From Octopus sinensis (lineage: Eukaryota): a stretch of DNA of 64,000 nucleotides. The position numbers and the translations under genes are program-made. The stretch lies in NCBI RefSeq assembly GCF_006345805.1, contig NC_043003.1:88288001-88352000 (forward strand). Direction: 5' to 3'. The notes below the pieces were generated by a model. It made no database searches. It worked only from the letters and a program-made list of their open reading frames with translations, and was not told the DNA's origin. Below are positions 39,694-53,087 of the stretch, one piece after another. Numbering within the stretch: position 1 is the stretch's first letter; every line of letters starts with the position of its first letter.

Positions 39694-40070
39694 TAGGCAG
39701 AGACATGATTGTGTGATTAGGAAGTCTGGTTCCTAAGCCCACAGTTTCTGGTTCAGTTCTACTATGTGGCACCTTAGATGTCTTCTTCTATAGCTTTGGG
39801 TTGATCAAAACCTTGTATGTGGATGTGGTAGACAGAAACTAAAAAATGCTTGGCAAGTATGTGTGTGTGTGTGTTACTTCTTACTTTAATACAATGTGAT
39901 GGCTGTATGTGAGAGTCACCACCATACAGTGTCTTTCTTTCCAATCTTCTGTTAAAACATGTCTGGCCATGAGGAAGTATTATGTTATTAAAAACAGGTG
40001 AGGATTGGTAGAGTACCCAGCTGTAGAAAATCTACCTCAACAAATTCTGTCTGAACCATCTAAGCATGGA
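39694..40070 (+). mobile_element. Diverged tRNA-derived SINE
   Basis: ggttcagttctactatgtggcacc...tcttctatagc...caaaaccttg matches the 1837 family. Confidence 0.6.
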
Positions 40071-40408
40071 TGATAATTTAAATATTCCTGCATAATACAT
40101 TAATGGTACCATTAGATAACCCCATACAGTAGACTATACAACAGTTATCACCATACAGTACCCAGCAACATTTCATATGTACCCAAATAATACACTAGGT
40201 ACCTTAGATATCTCAAGATAGTACATCCAGGTACTTTACATATTTTATATCCGGCAGTAAACCAACATTAGTTGGCTTACTGCATTTCTAATAATGAGAA
40301 TGATGATGTAGAGAGTATCTGTGCAACATGGGCAGAATAATTACCACATGTTTTTGTTTAATGTTTTGATTTATTAGTAATTTCTCAATGACAGGTAGAT
40401 GTTCCACC

Positions 40409-40442
<34 letters not shown>

Positions 40443-42582
40443 GAGCTCCCACGCAGCTTCTCCCTACCTAATTTTACCCAAGGAGACACTGATCAATCCA
40501 AGGCCATGGTAAAAAATAGTTGTCAAAGATTCTGTGGAGTGGTATTAATTCTGGAACTATGTTATTATGAAGTTAACTTCTTAGCCATATGGTCATACTT
40601 GGGCCAATACATGTACTAAAGTAGTATACAAAGATAATTTGCTTTTCAATGGTAGACTTAATACCACTATCTAACATTTAGGATGCCTTAAGCAGAGGTC
40701 ACTCGGTTGCAAGAAATCTAACCAGGTCTCCACCTTGAGGATACCTCACTCCCTCTCTCACTAGGCTTGGAGGCCCTGTAAAGGGTTATGGGCACTGCTT
40801 TTCCTCTTGACTTTTAGTGAAGATAAAAGGGGCATTCCAGCTAATAGTGAACTAAGCTTGAAAGGTGGTGACTTTTAAATTGCCAGAAATGTTTCCTAAG
40901 TGATGTGGCTCTTGTTTCTAGTCACTCCTGAAAATTTCATCTTCTGTATATGGTTCTGATTTTGTGAGCAGTCAAAGTAGGGAGCTGAGCTGAATTTCAG
41001 GACTTTGCTAAACTTGGAACCAAATTTAATTCCTAATATTTCATGATTGAAACATTTTCAAACTTTGAAACACTGTACATGTGACCTACTCCATGAATAC
41101 ATAAATAAATAATAATAAAAGACTATAGGTCACCCAACTGTTTTTCAAATGGTCTCAAAAATTAGAAAAATATTAAAAATATGTAATTTTGGTACCCAGT
41201 AACAGCCATTATAACAGTTTCAGGTAATTAAGTTAATTATATTCTGAACAGTAGATATAAATGTCTATTACACTACCAAAATTCAGGTATTGAAAATATT
41301 TAGATTTGGAATTATTAATCCTAAGATAATAACCCCAATGCTCAAACCCACCATGTTTGACCTTTGGAAATTCAAAGTGGGACCATTTTGTTTCAGAAAA
41401 TGTTTTTTGAAATAATATCAACAGAACATGGATTTTCAAATAAAAATGTCTTCAACTCTTATGAAAAAATCATTTCCTTCTGAACAGGTATCACTGTGGA
41501 GCTCTGTAGAAAAGGAAACAAGCACAATTTGACCTCACAAAAACCTACTTTTTGTTTGATCATTTTCATATCATAATACAGTTTTTTCTCTAACAATTAT
41601 ATATCATGTGAAAATTCTGGATGTAAACTGTATTCCCATATACTTTTGATCAAAATCTCACATTTACATATCATGCCAGGTTCCTTCAATCACTCACGTA
41701 TGTCCAACCAATCACAATATTTGTTCTGTTTTTGTCTTAGACTGCTGAATGGTAGCGCTTGTTCTAGTTGAATGTGTTGGAGCACTAGAACTCAAGTGGT
41801 GTTGAAAAGCATACAGTTATGAAAAGGACTTTTCTTGCTTTGTTTTGATATAAAAATTGATGGGGGTAGGTAAGTTAATTGTTATGAAATATATAAGTGG
41901 AAGCTTTATTGTTAATTTTCACTTAGAAAATATTCATCCAAATTTCATAAATGATGTATCAAAATGTTTCTTTTTGGATGCTCTCCAAGAAGAAAGTACA
42001 GTAGAAGTTAGATTTAAAATATTTTCAAAAATTCATAGTGATACCTACTCTATAATAAGCAATAAACTAACCCTAAAATCCAGACGTAAAATTACATGGG
42101 AAAATAAAGTATACAGTAGCTTTATGCATAAATAAGTCCCAAAATGTGACAGCTGTTATGATACCTTACCTCAGCACACTTGCATGCACACACACACATC
42201 CAATTTTTTTGAAGTGGAACAAGTTTGAAAATTGCAGAGAGTATGGCCTAAATTGAAGTTTACAAACATAGTTAAACCTCTTTCCCCTCATCCTCCTGCA
42301 GGAGAGGGGAGAAGTAGAAAAACAAATGAATTAAACAAATAAAGAAAAAGGAAAATATAGAAGACAATAAGGCAAAAACAAATTAATGAAAACGAGACAA
42401 ACAGAAAAAACCCCCCAGAAAATATAAAGCAAGAAGAGAGAGAAGAGAAGGGTGGAGAGAGAAGGGACATGGTTGGAGAGGGAGAGGGCAGAGAAGAGAA
42501 AGGTGGAAGAGAGAGGGGAGATGGAGTGAGAAAGGGGAGAGAGAGAAAGAGCAAAAGCCAAAATCAAGTGAAGGTAACTTAC

Positions 42583-42678
42583 GCATATATCTGTTTTTGG
42601 TCAACTTTTGGATCATATATAAACACATTAGCACCTTCTTCCAGTAGATGCTTGCATACATAGATTGATGATGATTCT
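42583..42678 (-). CDS. UGDH: UGDH exon
   Basis: TTCACAG acceptor, GTAAGT donor, 96 nt. [31 protein letters not shown](A). Confidence 0.95.
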
Positions 42679-43423
42679 CTGTGAAGAAGAAAAAACATTT
42701 TGATATGGCACAGAAAATAGAAATTTATCTAAACCACTACAGTCTAACATCAAAGACACTTCTCATAAGAGAAGAGGCAATGAATTGTTCAACCTGCTAG
42801 AAAAAGTACCCGAATCTACCTTAAATCATACCTTATTGTCTTAAATAAAGACACACTGGATTATGTAGTCCTTAATACAAGTGATTGCATCAAACATGTA
42901 GATTAAAATAATAATGATAATAATAATAATAATGATGATGATGCAGTACCAGGCAGTGGCTCTCATGGCTTTTAATCTTAACTGATTGGAAGTGTCTTGG
43001 TATAAAAGATGGTGAACAGCAAATATTCTGCTCAATACCACAGATTTGCTTTGTCAGTTGTTTGACCGTAACTAGTTGAGCATGTCCCTTAGTGGTTGAT
43101 GATATGTGCATCTTTGATTACAAGCAGAAGTAGGGGAGGGGGAGCATCATAGCCATGTGTTGAGAGGGATTCTTTGAGGTTTGAATAATTCACCTATGGA
43201 AACATGGGTGTTTTGTTCATCATCCTTAAAACAAACCTTAGTCAGGGACCTGTTGAGTGGGATGGGCTAATCGACCTGAAAAATGAGATCACCATGTCCT
43301 GCACATATAGTTGTGATACATGTGCCTGGTGTACCCTTATCAGACAGGTAGTCATGATGGATATATTGGGCTTCATATATTTGTACCCCAGTGTCACTTT
43401 GATGGGATGGACTGCTCTCTCAC

Positions 43424-43444
43424 TCAATAATAATAATGTTGTTA

Positions 43445-43493
<49 letters not shown>

Positions 43494-43500
43494 TAATAAT
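43424..43500. repeat. (TAA)n microsatellite
   Basis: Visible directly. Confidence 0.95.
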
Positions 43501-43966
43501 GAGTTTTGCATAGAAATTAGTAGAGGAGAGGGTTAGTTGATAATATTAACATCAATACTTGACTGATATTTCATTTTACTGACTCAATAAGATGAAAAGC
43601 AAGGTTGACCACGATAGGATTTGAACTCAGAATAGAAAGAGAAGAGACAAAACTGTAAGGCATTTTTTATGAAGTTGTAATGATTCTGCCAATACACTAC
43701 TCTACAATATCAATAATAAAGAGCTAGAAAAAATGCCACAAGCAGACAACAGCAACAACAATAGATATTATTTCTAATTTTGTCACAAAACCAACAATTT
43801 TTGGAGGAGGGGTTAGTTTATACCATTGACTCCAGCCCCAAAAGGATAACAAGCAAAACTGACTGTGGCAAGATTTGAAACCAGAACATAAAGAACTGGA
43901 ACAAATACCATGTGGCATTTTAACAACCAACTTAATGATAATTTAAACAAAATGAAGGGTTTTTAC

Positions 43967-44097
43967 CTTGTGTCCGCAGTGTCTTTCTTAAAAGCGAAAC
44001 CAAAAACTGCAATTTTTTTGTTTGTCACTGTATTAAAGAGAGCTTCAATAATTCGATTAGCAAAACGACGTCTTTGAAAATCATTAATATCAATTAC
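43967..44097 (-). CDS. UGDH: UGDH exon
   Basis: TTTCAG acceptor, GTAAAA donor, 131 nt. [43 protein letters not shown](R). Confidence 0.96.
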
Positions 44098-44121
44098 CTG
44101 AAAATAGAGAATAATGAAAAA

Positions 44122-44268
44122 TGGCATTAGGAAGGGCATCCAGCTGTAGAAACACTGCCAGATCTGACTGGACTGGTGCAGCTTTCGGGCTCCCCAGACC
44201 CCAGTTGAACCGTCCAACCCATGCTAGCATGGAAAGCGGACGTTAAATGATGATGATGATGATGATGA
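44122..44268 (+). mobile_element. 5'-truncated (ATG)n-tailed repeat abutting a UGDH 3' splice site
   Basis: tggcattaggaagggcatccagc ... aaatgatgatgatg. Confidence 0.85.
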
Positions 44269-45592
44269 TTCCAATCACAGAGGTAAATTGTTGAATTAAT
44301 TATCTTTTATTTTTTGTTTTTGGATAGTTTTGTTGTTTTTATGTTAGCATGAACTAACATGGAAGTTGAATGTCCCCCAGTCAACTTCCAGGTAAAAAAT
44401 AACTGAGGGAATTCCCTGAAATTGTGCACATGTACCAGTATATGCAGAAGGTGCACAAAATTAAAAACTGCACCAAAAACCAAAAGAACATGAAATATTT
44501 TTGTTCTTGGTCTTTTAGCCCAATATTACTAAACTCTCATCAATATGTCTGATTGCACTCTAATCAATAAGAGATCGAAAGGCATTCAAGTCATAAACAA
44601 CTCATCATTTCTGTTTTTACAGATAATTTCTTTCTAGGATCAATCATCTGATATGTTGTTCCCTTAAAACTGTGTGTGATTTTAAGGAACATTTGGTTAC
44701 TAGTTACAGCAAGTCAAGCTATCACAAATAAACTTTCTCAATGTTGAAACTAATACTGGGTTTCTAATCTCATCAAAATAAATTAACAATTTAAATAAAG
44801 TTTTATTCCATTTTTTTTTACCCATTTTCCGTAAAAATGCCACAGAATGATGGCATGTGTCTGCCTTGTAAGTTTTTTAATGTACATTTAAATCCTGGTT
44901 GAACAGAATCAACCAACTTACCCATACCAGTATAGAATATGGAAATTAAATAATGATGATGATGTTCATTTACTTAGTCTCAATATCAGCAATTTCTGAT
45001 ATAATTTGAGTAGTATTTATTTTTGAGGGGAGCTAGTTGTTTATCAATGCTAGTACTTGCTGGTTGGTACTTTATTTTATTGGCCTCAAAGTTGAACATT
45101 GCAGTATTTGTTCTAGTCAACATAGAAGACTAGAACAAATACCACAAAACATTTTGTTTGATTCTCTAACAATTCTTGCCCATCTCCTACTCTAACATTA
45201 ATAGGGCAAAAAGACAAATAATTATATATAGACTCTGTTCTTGGCTCATCTTATTTTAATTAATAAGGTAATTACAGAGAGGAATTTATTCAGTTTGCTA
45301 TCCATTACCTTTGTTAATGATGCTGATGATATTTTGAGTTAGATCATTGAAGAGTTTAGAGAGTTCATATCAGTAAAGATGATCTAATCATGACATACCA
45401 TACAGAGGTAATGCTTTGAGAAGTGACTCAACAATTAGCCAAGTGTTACAAGATTGTAAGCTGTAACCTTGCAGCTTCACTAAATTTTTCAGAAAAGATT
45501 TGGAACATCAAAAATTTAAAATATATTTGGAAGGTGTAAATTCTTTTTTTTTGTTATGGAAAAGTGTTACTAAGAGAAAGAACACTCATATA

Positions 45593-48500
45593 TCATCATC
45601 ATCATCATTCAATATCTGTTTTCCATACTGGCATGGGCTCGATGGTTGGACAAGAGCTGGCAAACCTGAAGACCATGTCACACTCCAGTGTCTGTGGTTG
45701 GATGCTCTTCTTAATGCCAAGTACTTTACAGAGTGTAGAGGGCGCTTGTTTCATGGCACCAGCATCAGCAGGGTCACCAAACAACTTGCAAGACAAAGAT
45801 CCCTTACCTGGGAGGAAGAGTGATATTGAGGGAAATGGCTTTGTGCTAGTTAATGAGATGTTAAAAAGAACAGAGGGATAGAGGTAGATGTCTTGCTGTA
45901 GAGGAGATACAAGGATATCTAAGCTGAAAAGAGAAGAGAGAAAGATAGAGAGGGAGAAAGTGAGAGAGGTGGTTAGAGATGGAATAGAGTAGGAAGTGAT
46001 GATGAGAGATATAAGAGTGACTCAGGGTGGAAGAGTAATGGTAGATATGTGAGGGCACTGGAAGTGATAGCAGATGAAAGAGGAGTTAAGGATAGAGTAT
46101 AACAAAGGGTAGAAAAAATGGCTGAATGCACAGACAGGAGGTGATTGATGGAAATAGTGGTCAGGGAAGAAGAGGGTAACCAAAGGAAGGGAATGTAGTA
46201 TGTGTCTGTTTTGCTCTCAGATGATTATGGCAGCTGAATAATAGAGAAGGGGATGTTGGGGAAGCTTGATGGAACAAATAGAATTGAGGTGGGGCAGAGT
46301 CCCATTTGTACAAGCATTTACCAAGGTGGTTTTAGGATATCTGCTGTGGTGAATGGGTCTTCTTGAGCACAACAAAGCACCAGACATCTTGTTCCTTTGT
46401 CATCTCCTCCATAAGGTTCAGTATCATGACATCAGCCTTCAATACTTCATTCAATATCTTCTGGGTCTCTTCCTTCCACAATTTCCATCAAATTTAAGTA
46501 ATCAGCACTTCTTTATGCAACCATCCTCATCCACATGCATCACATGATCAAACCAGTGCAGTCTTCTCTCTTGTACACTACATCTAATTTCTCTTATGCT
46601 TAACTTTTTTCTCTATACACTAGTGCCCTGCCATACATGTTCACTGACATTGCACATCCAGCGGAGCATGCTAGCTTCATTTCACTCTAGCCTTCACATG
46701 TCCTCTGCATTTAGGGCCCATGTCTCACTAACATGTAGCATTGCAGTTCGTACACAAGCATCATACAATTTTCCATTCACTTGGAGAGAGAGAGAGACCT
46801 TTGGTTGCTAATAGAAGTAGAGGCTTTCTGAATTATCTGAATTTTCTCCTTCCTATTCTTATCCTTGCAATTATACTGCTAATTAGGTTACCTAGGCAAT
46901 GAAAATTATCTATCTACTACTTCTAAAGAGCATCTGGGACATTTGAGAAAATCAATTTCCCATGTATCTATAGACTTTAAGGCTCCCGAGCATCTTCCAC
47001 ACACAAACACTACTTTATCTGTTAATCTTCCAGTGATTCCATCGCATCTCTTGTATCTTGCACTGGGTACACCAAATAGAATTCCTGTCAATGCTTTCCT
47101 TACATACTGAACAGGGCCATTTATCTGAAGTGGGTAGTGTTCTGTGTGTTTTCTTGCTTACTAGAATCTTGGTCTTTACTAATTCTAGGCTCTTTGATTC
47201 CAGGTTTCCTTTTCATATCTGGAACCTCTTTTCTAGTTCAGTTATAGATTCTGCCATGAGACTAAGATTATTAGCATATAGTAATTCCTATGGGTAGCTA
47301 GTCTTAAATTTCTCTGAGATGGCCTGGAGAGCAATGACGAAGGGGTAGGTGAGAACCAAGCTCTGGTGAACGAACACCTACTTGTATACTAAATTCATCA
47401 CTGTATTCACGATTAACTCTTATCTTACTAAAAGCACCCCTGCACATGGTTTGTATAGCTTTCACAAGCCATTCATCTATCTCTAGCTTCCTCAGAGGCC
47501 ACCATATTACAGAGTAAGGTGCTCTATCGAAAGCCTCCTCCAGGTCAACAAATACCAAATATAATGGTTTTCATCAAGTCTAATTTTTTTCCTAATTAAT
47601 TGGGCTGTAACTCTCTTTGAAGCTTTCATCACCTGGTCCAGTAATTTGATGCTTCTGTAATTACTTCTATCTAAGGCATCTTCCTTACCTTTGTAGCAGC
47701 TAACTGTAATGCTGTTACACCAGTGATTGGGGATGACCTTCTCGAATAACCTGATTAAACTATATAGATGACAAGACAGTATCTTACTCTACCAGATATT
47801 TTAAGCATCTCAGCAGTAACTCCCAACAGACCAGAGGTTTTCCTTTTCTTCATGTTTTTAATTGCCTTATCTCTCATACTACTGTCAACCAGAATAGCTG
47901 GCCTCTCTGTTGGGTTCATATAAAGGAGACCCCTTTTCTCCCATTCATTATTCACATTTTATAACCTTTTACAGTAGCACTTCCACACCTCTTTCTTTTC
48001 AGAACCATTAAGTACAAGCATATCATTATCCATCCATACACATTTCTCTCCCACAACATCTCGATTCTCTCAGACACATTGTCTTGCAATCTGGAACACC
48101 TCAAGTCTCTGATCTTTATACTGTAAGATATTGGCTAACCTCTTCCTTTCTGCTTCTGCCACTGCTTAGCTCCCCTTTAGCTGCCTGATATGGTTCTTCA
48201 CTACCGCTACTTTTCTACTCTTTCCAAACCTGTCTCTTCTCTTTCATGGCCCTGTCAACCTCATTCTTCCACTACCATGTCACTCTTGGTGTGACAGAAG
48301 CTTTATTCCTGCTATGGATTTGCTCTGTTACTCCCAGTAAGTTATCCCACAAGATCAGCCAGTTCTCCTTTATGTCATACATCTCTATCATCATCATCAT
48401 CGTTTAGCGTCCGCCTCATCAAATGCTTTGGTTAGAACATCTCTACATCTCTGGCCATCTGAAGGATTCTTGGGCTTCTGTAACTTCCTTTTCAATATTG

Positions 48501-48950
48501 GTTTGTGTCTTTGGGTATTTCTAACCCAAAGTCTGAAGTCACTAACCACTAACCTATGTAGAGTTGTACATTCTTCATCTGGGAGCAACTTTGTATTTAC
48601 AAGCATCTGATTATCCCTGTTTCTGATAAGAATGTAGTCAATTTGATTCATGTAACTACTGGATTGATAGATGCTCAGATGGCTTGCAGGTTTCCTGAGG
48701 TTAGTATTGTGGACCAGTAAGTCATTTGCTTTACAAAACTCCAGCAGCCTTGTTTCTAGAACCATGAAATCCATTGAAATACTGCCCAACATGACCATTG
48801 AAGTCACAAACCACAATGATAATGTCTTTTGCTATCAAAGTAGTCTGCAAATGGGATTTATTGAAACGGTCCTTTTGATTATTTGCCAGTCTGGCATGTT
48901 GGCATATGCAGAAATGTCATTGTTACATCAAACAAGACTATTTTGAGCTT
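45593..48950 (-). mobile_element. Decayed RTE LINE (endonuclease C-term, RT, PHD insert, 3' UTR, (GAT)n tail)
   Basis: LLEFCKANDLLVHNTN...QIDYILIR...HRLVVSDF (APE domain), FVDLEEAFDR, and RLTDKVVFVCGRC. Homologous to 61978-64000. Confidence 0.85.
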
Positions 48951-49922
48951 AATAATCCTATCACACAGCCTGATTACCTCAATCACCTAACCCATCCATT
49001 TCCTTTCCAAAAGAATACCTACACCACCTACTCCATTGCTACTAGCCTTCCAGAAGAATTTGTATCTATATTCCTTGCCCACAAGCTAACTGAGGATCTC
49101 CTCCATTGCACTTCATGCACACATCTACATGCCTTTACTTTAACATTTCAACAATGTCACCAGACCTATCATGAGTGATAGAGATATTGAATTTTAAAAA
49201 GTGACCAAATTTGTTGTTGGACTACCAAGTCAGCTACTACATGTCAAAGCTTCAGTGTGTTTAATGCCAAGAGAAACAAGATGTTTAAGATATATTTCTT
49301 TGTTTTGCTTGCCTTAGTTCCTGGATATTGCATTTGTTGGCTAATTGAATTCCATTTTCAATTAAGGATAGTGGAAGGATAGACTGCTGGAGAGGAATTA
49401 CTCACCATCCTCAAATAATGAACTAAATACCTATGGCAGGTGCAAGGGAGACAACAGCCACCAACCTTACTGCAAACTTAGCTGAAATTGCCACACCTAT
49501 TACTGCTATAAGTGAGACTGACAAAACCGCTACTACAGCCACTATCATTGCTGCTGCTACTGCTATTGACAGCCACCCCTGCTGCTACTGCTACCACCAC
49601 AGCATAGCAATGATCACAATCAGAAAGAAAGGAAATATCAGTACTGTGTTTATTTGTAAGAAAAATATGTGAACTTCTAGAACTGATACCATGAAAGATT
49701 AATTTTATTTTACTTACTTCAGTTTATTTTATCTTTTATTTCAACATAACTAAGCATCTTTATAAATGATTGAAACCAATAGCGGATTTTGCTAAAACTA
49801 TAAATACATTTTCTTATTCATGATAAAGTTCTCAAAGCATTTTCTTCTTTGTTTATATATATACAAGTGAGTAGACAAAGGAAAGGCAGTCAATACATTT
49901 ATTGGGAGTTGCATGTATAGAT

Positions 49923-50093
49923 CAAAACAGTTTGATTCAAATTCTGTGCTACTTAAAGTTTCAAAGCTTTTGAAATTTATTGCTGGGCAGTGGAAATCTG
50001 AATCCAAATTTGATTCAAATTTCCACTGCCCAACGATAAGCTTCATGAGCTTTGAAACTTTAAGTAGCACAGAATTTGAATCAAACTGTTTTG
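49923..50093. repeat. ~170-bp imperfect hairpin (MITE-like)
   Basis: caaaacagtttgattcaaattctgtgctacttaaagtttcaaagct... is the reverse complement of ...agctttgaaactttaagtagcacagaatttgaatcaaactgttttg. Confidence 0.9.
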
Positions 50094-50130
50094 TTTATAT
50101 ATATGATGATGATGATGATTATTATTTCTT

Positions 50131-51045
50131 CTTAATAGAATTGAGGATAAAATCCCATTAATGATTATATCAAGAGGTTAGCATGAAATAAAACCTTGTA
50201 AGTAATTTGTATATTATATATATAATTATATTACAAGGATAAGGATAGAAAAACCTTCTCCAACATGCTGAAAACAGATGCCAAAGGCATCAGAAAAACC
50301 ACCATATAACTAAAGAAAACACAGGTTGTAAGCGGGCAAATGAAAAATTCTGAATAAAACTTTTTATTGCTTTAATCCCGAAATTGGACCCAATACAAAA
50401 TTAACTGTGAAGTTTCATTTAGTATTTTTCATTTGCTCATTTACAACCTGTGTTTTTGGAGTTATGCGGTGATCTTTTAGTGCCTTTAGCATCTATTTTC
50501 AGCATGGTGGAGAAGGTTTTTATCCTGATCCCTTTAATATGATTATAAATAATTGTTAATTTAGTATATAGATTACCTACAAGGTTTTATTTCATACTGA
50601 CCACTTGACATAATCATTAACGTGGTTTTATCCTCAATTCTATTAAAAATTGATAATAAAATATTTTTACTCCTGATCGAAATCACATTTTAATAAAAAA
50701 ACACATGGTTGAAATGAAAAATATAAATTTGACATGCAAATATTTGTATATGGACATTGCTTCATATGGGTATAAGTATCTGTGATTATACACCTTGAAT
50801 ATTGTGCTGATGATGGGAAATAAGCTTTTTTATTTCTTTAATCACTAAATTGGACCCAGTACACAATTAACTGTGAAGTTTTATTTAGTAGTTTTCATTT
50901 GACTTCTTTCAACCTGAGTTTTTTTGAGTTATACAGTGTTTTTTTTAGTGCCCTTGGTGTCTATTTTCAGTATATTGGAGGTTTTTTTAATCCTGATCCC
51001 TTTAATATAATTATATATATAATTATTAATTTAATATATATAAAT
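50131..51045 (+). mobile_element. ORF-less PLE pseudo-LTR-like unit: inverted partial + monomer + direct partial
   Basis: 50131-50360 is a diverged reverse complement of 50420-50647. 50820-51045 directly repeats 50355-50560. Confidence 0.7.
50801..50867 (+). ncRNA. Decayed type-I hammerhead ribozyme (3' half-copy at 50376-50401)
   Basis: ATTGTG-CTGATGA-T-GGGA...TCAC-TAAA-TTGGACCCAGT-A-CACAAT. The upstream half-copy keeps the ancestral TCCC-GAAA. Confidence 0.65.
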
Positions 51046-51350
51046 ATATATACATACACACATGTATATCATCATCATCATCATCATCATCATTTAACAT
51101 CAGTATTTCATGCTGGCAGGGGTTGGATGGTTTGACAGGATCTGACTGCATCATGAGCTAATGTCTTCTTTGGCGTGAGTTTGATAGCTGGATGCCCTTC
51201 CAGACACCAACAACTTTGCAGCATGTGCTAGGTGCTTTTTTCTTATAACTATACACATAGCCATAAAAATGTGTGTGTGTGTATGCATATGTTTCTTACA
51301 TCTATACATATAGACATAAAAAGTCACACACACACAAACACCCACATATA

Positions 51351-52535
51351 CCAGGTCGTCTCATAAATAATGTCTGAAATATCATATATGTAATTTCTAT
51401 AAAATTTTATAGTATTCTAAAATGTCAAATGGTATTAATTGAGACTCATATGAATTTGGAAACCTTTAACTGAGTATAATTCTTTTTACAAAATAATGCA
51501 ACTGAATTAATTACTAATATTAACCCCTCAAAGATGATGTATCGAAGGAGCATTTAAGGCACATAAAGCTTTAAGAGTACAAAAAGCAGCAGCCCTGAAA
51601 TATCCATTCTGTTAAAGGAGAAGAGTGCTTGAATGAAAGTGGTTGCAGAAGATGGTTTGTAAACTTCTAAAATGTTGATTTCAGCATAAGAGAGAGGCCA
51701 TGAATAGGATGCTTTGTTGAATTTGATGATGAGCTTCTTTTGTCACAGCTTGAGAAGGATAATGCTGTGTCAGATGAAGAATTGGAAACAAGCTCAATTC
51801 AAGTCATTCAACTGTTTACCACCCTCTTCAACCACTTGGAAAGGTGCCCAAACTTGGAAAATGGGTTCCCCATGATTTGACAGAAGCCAACAGAAAATCA
51901 CAAGTGGACATTTCATCTCCCCATTCTCTTGAATGTATCTCCCCATTTTTGAACAGATTAGTGACTATTGATAAAAAAAAATGGATTTTTATGAAAGTGT
52001 GAAGCAACACAAGTAATGGCTTAATTGTGGAGAACAGATTAAACCACAACACAAAAAGGACCTCCATGCAAAAAAGGTTCTTCTTTCAGTTTGGTGGGAT
52101 TGCATTGGAGTGATCCACTTTGAGCTGCTACCAACTAATGAAACAATTACTGCTCACACCTATAGCTAATAATTAGAGGGTTAGCTAATAATCAGGATAA
52201 TGTAAGGTCCCATACTAAAGATTACATCAGATAAAATTGAAGAACTTGGTTGGTAAAAAAATCTTTCACCCACTTTATTCCCGGACCTTGCTGCTTCTGA
52301 TTACCATTTGTTTTGAAGTTTACAGAATCATTTAGATGGATTAGTACTCAAAAGCTGCAAAGAGGTCAAAACTGACTGCTCTTCCTTCTTCTCTTCAAAA
52401 CCAATGGAATTAAAAGAAACCATGAGTCATTGATAATGATGGGAATTATTAACAGGATTGAATTTTAATAAAATGTAAAATTAAATCACTGTTTTCCTTA
52501 TCCAAAATTCAGACATTACTTATGGGATAACCTGA
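51351..52535 (+). mobile_element. Decayed mariner with TIRs
   Basis: TA|CCAGGTCGTCTCATAAATAATGTCTG ... CAGACATTACTTATGGGATAACCTGA|TA. Motifs WVPHDL, KKVLLSVWWD and YSRTLLLLI/PDLAASDYHLF. Confidence 0.82.
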
Positions 52536-52559
52536 TATATTGTATAAAGCATGAAGTTA

Positions 52560-52742
<183 letters not shown>

Positions 52743-52934
52743 TTAACCCTTACAAGATGATCAGACAGATCTATCAGTTTATGGCTTTATGTGTTTGAAA
52801 GACAAGTTGATATATCAAGAATATGTAATTTCCAATATCTGTTGAGATTCTTTTACAGAATTTTGAATAATGATTTGTAATATAGGGAAATAGAGGCAGA
52901 ATGAATATAGCTGATTATATTAATCCCACTATGC

Positions 52935-53087
52935 TCTCGGAGTGGTTGGTGTTAGGAAGGGCATCCAGTTGTAGAAACTCTGCCGGATCAGATTGGAACC
53001 TGGTGCAGCCATCTGGTTCGCCAGTCCTCAGTCAAATCGTCCATCCCATGCTAGCATGGAAAGCAGACATTAAATGATGATGATGAT
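52935..53087 (+). mobile_element. 5'-truncated (ATG)n-tailed repeat
   Basis: gagtggttggtgttaggaagggcatccag ... aaatgatgatgatg. Confidence 0.8.

Noticed and set aside
41450-41505. Candidate UGDH exon after a strong TTTTCTACAG acceptor
   Set aside because: The required phase gives a stop after 3 codons and there is no donor. The exon at 39074-39114 fits instead.
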